A DNA stretch of 64,000 bases from an uncultured Verrucomicrobiae bacterium (GTDB lineage Bacteria > Verrucomicrobiota > Verrucomicrobiia > Chthoniobacterales > JAFAMB01). Position 1 is the stretch's first letter, and every line of letters starts with the position of its first letter. The stretch is from the NCBI GenBank assembly GCA_963736745.1, contig CAVTQD010000006.1, positions 18,898 to 82,897 of the forward strand. The letters are read 5' to 3'. The translations under genes were made by a program, and so were the position numbers. Shown in pieces: positions 58,097-64,000 of this stretch. A model generated the notes under the pieces. The model ran no database searches. It worked only from the letters and a program-made list of their open reading frames with translations, and was not told where the DNA came from.

Positions 58097-59134
58097 ATGA
58101 CAGAATTCGATCCACGCAAGCAGTCCCGCAGGGATTTCATCGAAACGCTCGCGAAGTCGGCCGGAGCCGCCGCAGTGCTTGGCGGTCTGGGCGCCAGCCC
58201 GGCCGTCGCCGCGGAAATGGCGAAAGCCACCGGCCGGTCGGAGAAGCCGCTGAAGGCCGCATTTTCCAACGCCGGCCTGCAGGTCACTTGGTGCGCACAG
58301 GGCAAGCAGGCGGCCGAGTGGTGGGGCAAGATGTTCAATGTCGACGTGACGTGGTACGACGGCGAACTGAGCACCACCCGCCAGCGAACCGCCATCGACG
58401 ACATGGCCTCGCAGAAGTGGGACTTCGTAGCGATTCAGGCGGTCGGAATCGGCACGCTGACCGACCCGGTGAAGAAGATGATCGACGCCGGCATCCCGGT
58501 GATCGACCTCGACACGTTGATCGCGCCGCTCGACACTATCAACGTCCATAGCTTCCTCGCCCCCGACAACGAGTTCATGGGCTCGGCGATCACCCAGACG
58601 CTGGTAAACGCCATCGGCGGCAAAGGCAAGATCGTGATGACCCAGGGTCAGCTCGGTCATACCGGCGCGCAGGGCCGGGCGCGCGGCTTCCACAGCGTCC
58701 TCAAGAACTATCCGGACATCGAAGTGCTCGACGAACAGCCCGGCGACTGGGACGTCACCAAGGTCGCGCGGATCTGGGAAACGCTGCTGACCAAGTATCC
58801 GCAAATCGACGCGGCGTTCTTCCACAACGACGACATGGCGCTGGCCGCCGCCACCGTGATGCAGCGACACAACCGCACCGGCATCAAGATCGGCGGCGTT
58901 GACGCCATGCCTGCGGCGCTCGAGGCGGTCATCGACGGACGCATGCTGGCCACCGTACGCAATCCGTCCTGCCGAATCCACGGCGGTGCCATCGTCGCCG
59001 GCGTGGCAGCGGTGGTGGACGGCGAGAAGACCGGCCCCGGCGGCATCTCGAAGCAGGTCGTCACCGACGGGCCGGTTGTCACCAAGGCCAACGCACCGGG
59101 CATGATGTGGATGGAAAGCCACTTCTTGATCTGA
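58097..59134 (+). CDS. Sugar ABC transporter substrate-binding protein with a twin-arginine signal (G+C-rich block)
   Basis: MTEFDPRKQSRRDFIETLAKSAGAAAVLGGLGASPAVAA (Tat-type S-R-R-x-F), then PBP type I blocks (KWDFVAIQAVG, GIPVIDLDT, IKIGGVDAMP). The start is uncertain (58031, 58049, 58067 or 58097). Confidence 0.85.
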   Translation: MTEFDPRKQSRRDFIETLAKSAGAAAVLGGLGASPAVAAEMAKATGRSEKPLKAAFSNAGLQVTWCAQGKQAAEWWGKMFNVDVTWYDGELSTTRQRTAIDDMASQKWDFVAIQAVGIGTLTDPVKKMIDAGIPVIDLDTLIAPLDTINVHSFLAPDNEFMGSAITQTLVNAIGGKGKIVMTQGQLGHTGAQGRARGFHSVLKNYPDIEVLDEQPGDWDVTKVARIWETLLTKYPQIDAAFFHNDDMALAAATVMQRHNRTGIKIGGVDAMPAALEAVIDGRMLATVRNPSCRIHGGAIVAGVAAVVDGEKTGPGGISKQVVTDGPVVTKANAPGMMWMESHFLI

Positions 59135-59205
59135 GGCGACAAGGCACGGAGGCGCGCGGCGAAGGTATGCGCCGCGCGCCTCCTGCCCAACGCAGGGTGG
59201 AATTG

Positions 59206-60705
59206 ATGAGTGACGCGACGACGCCGCTGGATATGGCGGGCATATCGAAGTCGTTTGGCGGCGTCGATGCGCTGAAGGACGTGAATTTCACGCTTCAGAA
59301 AGGCGAGATACGCGGCGTGGTCGGCGAGAACGGCGCCGGCAAGAGCACGCTGATGAAGATCGTCGCCGGCGTGCATGTCGATTATCGGGGCACCATGCGT
59401 GTGCACGGTCGCGAAGTACGCTTCCGCTCGGCCCGCAACGCCCTGGAGGTCGGCATCGGCATGGTACAACAAGAACTCAGCAGCGTCCCGGAGTTGACGG
59501 TGGCCGAGAATGTCCTGCTGGGACGCCAGCCGACCAACCGCTACGGCATCGTCGACTGGGCCAGGATGGTGCGCGAGGCCGGCAACCATCTGCGCGGGCT
59601 CGGCCTCGACGTCGATCCTCGCGCGCGCATGGGTTCACTGCCAATCGGCATGCAGCAGCTCGTTGAGATCAGCCGGGTGCTGTTCTCGGGAGCGGACATC
59701 ATCATTCTGGACGAACCCACATCGGCGCTCTCGCCGCCTGAAGTCGAGCAGCTGTTCGCAGTGCTGCGGCGCATGCGTGACGCCGGGCCGACCTTTGTGT
59801 TCATCTCGCACTTCCTCGACGACGTACTGCGCATCTCCGATAGCGTGACCGTGTTCCACAACGGCCGCAGCGTAGTCACGGAACGGACGGCGAAAATCGA
59901 CAAGAAATGGCTGATCGAACGCATGATCGGCGTCGGCCACGGCGAGCTTGAGGCCGGCTACGCCGCCGAGTTTCAGCTCAACAGCCGGCTCGACGCACCG
60001 GTGGTGCTGGAGACCGAAGGCCTGTCGCTGGGTCGCGTCTACCGTAACGTGTCGCTGCAGATACGCGCCGGCGAGGTGCTGGGCGTGTACGGCTTCATGG
60101 GCTGCGGCCAGATCGAGCTGGCGCGCACGCTGTTCGGCAAGCTGCAGCCGGATGCCGGCACGATGCGCCTCCAGGGGCGGCCGCAGCGCCTGCGCAGCAC
60201 CGCCGCGGCCCGCCAGGCCGGCCTCGCCTTCGTGCCGGAGAACCGCCGGAGCATGCTGTTCTACCAGGAGCCGATCTACAAGAGCATCTCGATCAGCATC
60301 CTCGATCGGCTGTCGCGTCTGCTTCTCAGGCCGGACGAGGAGCGCCGCATCGCCGCCAAACGGGTGAAGGAGGTACATGTGGTACCGCCGGTGGTGGAGC
60401 GGTTGGTGGCGACGCTTTCGGGCGGCAACCAGCAGAAGGTCGGGCTGGCGAAGTGGCTGACGTTCTTGCCGAAGGTGCTGATCCTTTGCGAACCCACTCG
60501 CGGCATGGACGTGGGCGCCAAGGCCGACGTGGTCAGAATCGTCCGCGGCCTGCGCGAGCGGGGCATCGGCATCCTCGTCGCCTCGACCGAACCCGAGACC
60601 GTGCTGGCCCTCGCCGACCGCATCCTGGTAATGCGCAAGGGCGAGATCGGCCACGAATTCGCGAGCGAACTTGTCAGCAAGGATCGCCTTCTCGCAGCAT
60701 CATGA
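59206..60705 (+). CDS. Sugar ABC transporter ATP-binding protein (two ABC domains), intact
   Basis: Start moved to MSDATTPLDMAGISKSFGGVDAL. GENGAGKSTL, LPIGMQQLVEISR, LSGGNQQKVGLAK, and EPTRGMDVGAK. Confidence 0.9.
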   Translation: MSDATTPLDMAGISKSFGGVDALKDVNFTLQKGEIRGVVGENGAGKSTLMKIVAGVHVDYRGTMRVHGREVRFRSARNALEVGIGMVQQELSSVPELTVAENVLLGRQPTNRYGIVDWARMVREAGNHLRGLGLDVDPRARMGSLPIGMQQLVEISRVLFSGADIIILDEPTSALSPPEVEQLFAVLRRMRDAGPTFVFISHFLDDVLRISDSVTVFHNGRSVVTERTAKIDKKWLIERMIGVGHGELEAGYAAEFQLNSRLDAPVVLETEGLSLGRVYRNVSLQIRAGEVLGVYGFMGCGQIELARTLFGKLQPDAGTMRLQGRPQRLRSTAAARQAGLAFVPENRRSMLFYQEPIYKSISISILDRLSRLLLRPDEERRIAAKRVKEVHVVPPVVERLVATLSGGNQQKVGLAKWLTFLPKVLILCEPTRGMDVGAKADVVRIVRGLRERGIGILVASTEPETVLALADRILVMRKGEIGHEFASELVSKDRLLAAS

Positions 60706-60715
60706 GATTGACACA

Positions 60716-61759
60716 ATGACCGCTTTCGGAGCCGAACTGACAACCCCCCAAGTTACGCCGCCTGCGCCGCCCGGCGAGCGCCTGGCGCGCTGGCTGCGCA
60801 GCCGCCTGCGCAACATCGCGCCGTTCCTCACCTTGCTGGTCCTGGTGACCTTCTTCAGCTTCGCCAGCCCGTCCTTCGCCACGGCCGGCAACCTAGAGAA
60901 CATCCTCACCCAGGTCTCGGTCACGGCAATGATCGCGACCGGGCTGACCTTCGTGCTGCTGTGCGGAGAAATCGACCTGAGCGTGGCCGCCGTGGCCAAC
61001 TCGGCCGGCATCCTGGTCGCCTATTTCACGTTGCAAGATAGCAGCGTCAACATCGCCAACATACCTCTCCCGGGCGGTGTGGCCATCGTCCTCGCCGTCC
61101 TCGCCTCGCTGCTGCTCGGCTCAGTCACGGCGTTCGGCGTGACGCGCATCGGCATCCCCACCTTCATCATGACTCTGGCGATGATGGAGATCGGCGCCGG
61201 CATCTGCGCCATCGCGGTGCGCGGCCAGATCGCCTACGCAGTGCCCGACTTGGTGAAGACGCTGGGCGGCGGCTCGCTCGGCCCGGTGCCATGGATCGCC
61301 ATCCTCGCCGCGCTGACGCTCGCCATCGGCCATTTCGTGCTCACCTACACGCGCTTCGGCCGCTACGTCTACATGGTGGGCGGCAACCGCGAGGCGGCCG
61401 AATACTCGGGTGTGAACGTGCGCATGATCATCGCCGCGGTGATGATCATCTGCGCGTTCACCGCCGGCATCGCCGGCATCCTCGGCGTAGCGCACTTCGG
61501 CAGCGCGCAGCAGAACGAGTTCGACGATTACCTGATCGACTCAATCGCCGCGGTGGTGGTGGGCGGCACCAGCCTGTTCGGCGGACAGGGTGGCATTCCC
61601 AATACCATCATCGGCGTGTTCGTACTCGGCGTGCTGAACAACGGGCTCGATCACGTCCGCATCGACAGCTTCCTCAAGGTGCTGATCCGGGGCCTGATCC
61701 TGCTCACCGCGCTAATCATCAACGTCTACGCCCAGCGCCTGCGCGCCAAGCAGGACTAG
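60716..61759 (+). CDS. Sugar ABC transporter permease, intact
   Basis: Start moved to MTAFGAELTTPQ. GEIDLSVAAVAN, PTFIMTLAMMEIG, and IAAVVVGGTSLFGGQGG. Confidence 0.9.
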   Translation: MTAFGAELTTPQVTPPAPPGERLARWLRSRLRNIAPFLTLLVLVTFFSFASPSFATAGNLENILTQVSVTAMIATGLTFVLLCGEIDLSVAAVANSAGILVAYFTLQDSSVNIANIPLPGGVAIVLAVLASLLLGSVTAFGVTRIGIPTFIMTLAMMEIGAGICAIAVRGQIAYAVPDLVKTLGGGSLGPVPWIAILAALTLAIGHFVLTYTRFGRYVYMVGGNREAAEYSGVNVRMIIAAVMIICAFTAGIAGILGVAHFGSAQQNEFDDYLIDSIAAVVVGGTSLFGGQGGIPNTIIGVFVLGVLNNGLDHVRIDSFLKVLIRGLILLTALIINVYAQRLRAKQD

Positions 61760-61928
61760 CGGGGGACCGGGGGGCAGCGCGTCGGCTCAGGCGGGCGCCT
61801 CGTAGGGAGCAATCCCTTGGCGGCCAACTTTGTTGGAGCCTGGCGAGCGGCTCGTCAAAGCCTGAGGGCTTAAAGTCAATAGGACCGGATCTTCAAGCAG
61901 CCGATCAAGTCTTGGGCTAGCTTGGTGG

Positions 61929-61959
61929 ACGCCAATGCTGCACCAAGCTCGGTTAGGCC
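61929..61959. terminator. 9-bp stem-loop between convergent gene ends (possible bidirectional terminator, no U tract)
   Basis: agcttggtg (61929-61937) is the reverse complement of caccaagct (61951-61959), with a 13-nt loop. It lies between the permease stop (61759) and the mtnA stop (61979). Confidence 0.3.
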
Positions 61960-61978
61960 ATTCGGCACAGAGATCGGA

Positions 61979-63097
61979 TTATTCGGCAGCAACCATTGAA
62001 GCGTGCTCCGTTTTCTGTCGCAACTTTGCCATTTCTTCCGGGATCGTTCGGAAGTTGCCGTATTCCGTGATCAGCGCGGTGACCAGGTGGCGGGGCGTCA
62101 CGTCGAAAGCATAATTGAGAGCGGGGCTGCCCTCGGGCGTCAAACGGACCTCGCAAACCTCACCTTCTTTCGTGCGCCCCGAAATGTTCGCGACTTCCTC
62201 CGGTGAACGGATCTCGATCGGGATATCCTTAATTCCGTCCTCGATCGTCCAATCGATGGTGGAGAGAGGCAGGGCGACGTAGAAGGGGACCTGGTTTTCT
62301 CGCGCGGCCAAGGCCTTCAGATAAGTACCGATCTTGTTGCAAACATCTCCGCCCGCCGTGGTTCGATCGCTGCCGACGATGCAAAGGTCAACCTGTCCAT
62401 GTTGCATGAGATGGCCGCCCGCATTATCGACGATCACAGTGTGCGGCACCCCGTGGTGGCCGAGTTCCCAGGCCGTCAGCGAAGCGCCCTGATTTCGCGG
62501 CCGAGTCTCATCAACCCAGACATGAACCGGGATACCCGCCTCGAAGGACTTATAGATTGGGGCCAGAGCGGTTCCCCAATCGACCGTTGCTAGCCAACCG
62601 GCGTTGCAATGGGTCAGCAGATTAACCGGGCGCAAACGCCCGGTCTTATCCCAGGCTTGTTCGATGAGCAAACGTCCATACTCGCCTATCGCAGAACAGT
62701 TCGAGACATCTTCATCGCAAATCTTTTTGGCCACCGTGAACGCTGCAGCAGCACGGTCCTTCGGGTGTAGCAGGTGCAGCGCTTCCCGCATCCTATCGAG
62801 TGCCCATCTCAAGTTCACCGCAGTCGGTCGGGATGCGAAGAGCATTTCGTAGGCCCGCTGAAACGCTTTGTCGCTGGGATCGCGGAGCAAGTCAAGGGCA
62901 AGGCCATAAGCAGCGGAAGCTCCAATGAGCGGCGCTCCGCGTACTACCATGTTGCGAATCCCTTTCACAACGTCCTCGACTGTGCGCCATTCAACGATCT
63001 TGAAGTGATGGGGCAGTAAAGTCTGATCGATGACGCTGACAGAAATTCCGTCATCATTTAGCCAAATGGTCCGATAAGGTTTACCGCCAACTTTCAT
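61979..63097 (-). CDS. mtnA: S-methyl-5-thioribose-1-phosphate isomerase
   Basis: 372 aa: [44 protein letters not shown], and [18 protein letters not shown]. Confidence 0.9.
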   Translation of the reverse strand: MKVGGKPYRTIWLNDDGISVSVIDQTLLPHHFKIVEWRTVEDVVKGIRNMVVRGAPLIGASAAYGLALDLLRDPSDKAFQRAYEMLFASRPTAVNLRWALDRMREALHLLHPKDRAAAAFTVAKKICDEDVSNCSAIGEYGRLLIEQAWDKTGRLRPVNLLTHCNAGWLATVDWGTALAPIYKSFEAGIPVHVWVDETRPRNQGASLTAWELGHHGVPHTVIVDNAGGHLMQHGQVDLCIVGSDRTTAGGDVCNKIGTYLKALAARENQVPFYVALPLSTIDWTIEDGIKDIPIEIRSPEEVANISGRTKEGEVCEVRLTPEGSPALNYAFDVTPRHLVTALITEYGNFRTIPEEMAKLRQKTEHASMVAAE

Positions 63098-64000
63098 AGT
63101 CTGAATACTCCTCGCCTGCTGCAGCGGTTACTTCATCAATCTTAACGAAATTCTCAGCGTTTATCACCAGCAATCGGCCAACCCGTAAAGCATGGCGTTC
63201 GCAACGGGCTCTGAGATCGGGATCAAGGATCGCCTCAAGTTCCGCAACATGAGCAAGCCCAAGAATGCGCCGAATCATCTTTAAACCCGCAAAGCCAAGC
63301 GCATCGTGAAAGAGGCGATGCAGGTAACGTCTTTGCTCCAGGATCAATGCTTCCCAGGAGGCAGGGTCGGTAAAAAGGCTGGCATGATAGGCGTCGCCAG
63401 TAACGTTCTCCCGCCAAAGCTCAATGAATCTCTTTTCGAACCGATTCCATACTTCCTCCACTATCTCCAAAATCCAGCCGCGATACTTCGCGCGTGCGCC
63501 GGGATAAGGCTCGTGACCTTCTTGAGCAAAAAATGCGAGTAGCAGATTGCCGATCACCGCACCCACATCAAATCCCATTGGGCCATAGAACGCGAACTCT
63601 GGATCAATCACTCGCGTATTCTCCGGTGTGGCCATGATCGAACCGGAATGGAGGTCACCATGGATTAGCGCCTCAGCCGAGCTCAAAAACTTAAGCTTCA
63701 TTCGCTGTGCACTGGCCTTGAGAGCGCTGTCTTGCCGAAAAGCCGATGCGATGTCGTCGAGTTGAGGCGTCGTCCATCGGTTGAGTTTCGCGAGGCGATA
63801 GGGATCGGTGAAAACGAGATCCTCCGTAATCTTGCAGAGCTCGATGTTTTCGCAAAATAGCGCCATCCGCCGTTTCTTGGAGGCAGCGTCCAGGTAAAGG
63901 TCAGACGTTTTGAAGAGTGTTTGCGCCATGAACTCTGCGACATCACTGGCCAGTCGAGGGTATGTAATGCCCTGAATGAATCCTTTGCGCAGGATAATGT
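63081..64000 (-). CDS. mtnK: S-methyl-5-thioribose kinase; 5' end lies beyond the window
   Basis: ORF 63081..63929, and the same frame stays open to the window edge ([36 protein letters not shown]). The kinase motifs [12 protein letters not shown] and [15 protein letters not shown] are present. Confidence 0.85.
   Translation of the reverse strand, partial: IILRKGFIQGITYPRLASDVAEFMAQTLFKTSDLYLDAASKKRRMALFCENIELCKITEDLVFTDPYRLAKLNRWTTPQLDDIASAFRQDSALKASAQRMKLKFLSSAEALIHGDLHSGSIMATPENTRVIDPEFAFYGPMGFDVGAVIGNLLLAFFAQEGHEPYPGARAKYRGWILEIVEEVWNRFEKRFIELWRENVTGDAYHASLFTDPASWEALILEQRRYLHRLFHDALGFAGLKMIRRILGLAHVAELEAILDPDLRARCERHALRVGRLLVINAENFVKIDEVTAAAGEEYSDYESWR

Noticed and set aside
58094-60654. 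Long minus-strand ORFs 58094..59122, 58708..59589 and 59635..60654 (also 55573..56250)
   Set aside because: They are antisense to recognisable SBP, ATPase and SDR genes in the G+C-rich block. Their translations are Arg/Ala/Gly-rich with no motifs, the typical stop-poor antisense frames of high-GC3 genes.

Overview
This is a 64-kb bacterial chromosomal window of moderate G+C. I cannot assign a taxon from the sequence alone.

Content from left to right:
1. A URO-D/MtaA-like methyltransferase gene, cut by the left edge, sits divergent from a ferritin-like di-iron protein.
2. A ribose-type operon rbsC-B-A-K-D follows. In it rbsA, rbsK and rbsD are broken by frame changes.
3. An insertion hotspot holds an IS630-family element and a 266-bp MITE-like element. 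The IS has a TA duplication and a transposase with three frame changes. The MITE-like element has perfect 18-bp terminal inverted repeats.
4. An ~8-kb corrinoid-dependent methyl-transfer island is bracketed by two direct copies of a 59-bp repeat. It encodes a homocysteine-S-methyltransferase-like protein, a URO-D-like protein, DUF1638, a RamA-like activase, an AraC regulator, an MtaC-like corrinoid protein and an MtaB-like methanol:corrinoid methyltransferase.
5. A CUT2 sugar ABC cassette follows.
6. A ~23-kb minus-strand cobalamin operon is headed by a cobalamin riboswitch. Gene order is cobT-cobS-cobC-cobU-cobD-cobQ-cbiB-cobO-cbiA-cbiE-cbiX-cbiC-cbiD-cbiL-cbiF-cbiG-cbiHJ-cobW-cobN-chlID. Most junctions are 4-nt ATGA-type overlaps.
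7. Next come a pduX-like threonine kinase, an SDR, opgH, DUF5069, an M14 peptidase, an L,D-transpeptidase and a secreted protein with seven 45-bp tandem repeats.
8. A second CUT2 cassette lies on the minus strand.
9. A visibly G+C-richer block carries an SDR and a third CUT2 cassette, split by an AT-richer spacer.
10. mtnA and mtnK (methionine salvage) end the window; mtnK is cut by the right edge.

The dominant oddity is a strongly clustered set of reading-frame disruptions, with at least two in-frame stop codons. They hit the ribose operon, the IS, and the corrin-ring half of the cob operon, while the adjacent salvage/nucleotide-loop half is clean. I cannot tell genuine gene decay from local assembly error without reads. 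No rRNA, tRNA or CRISPR array was recognised.
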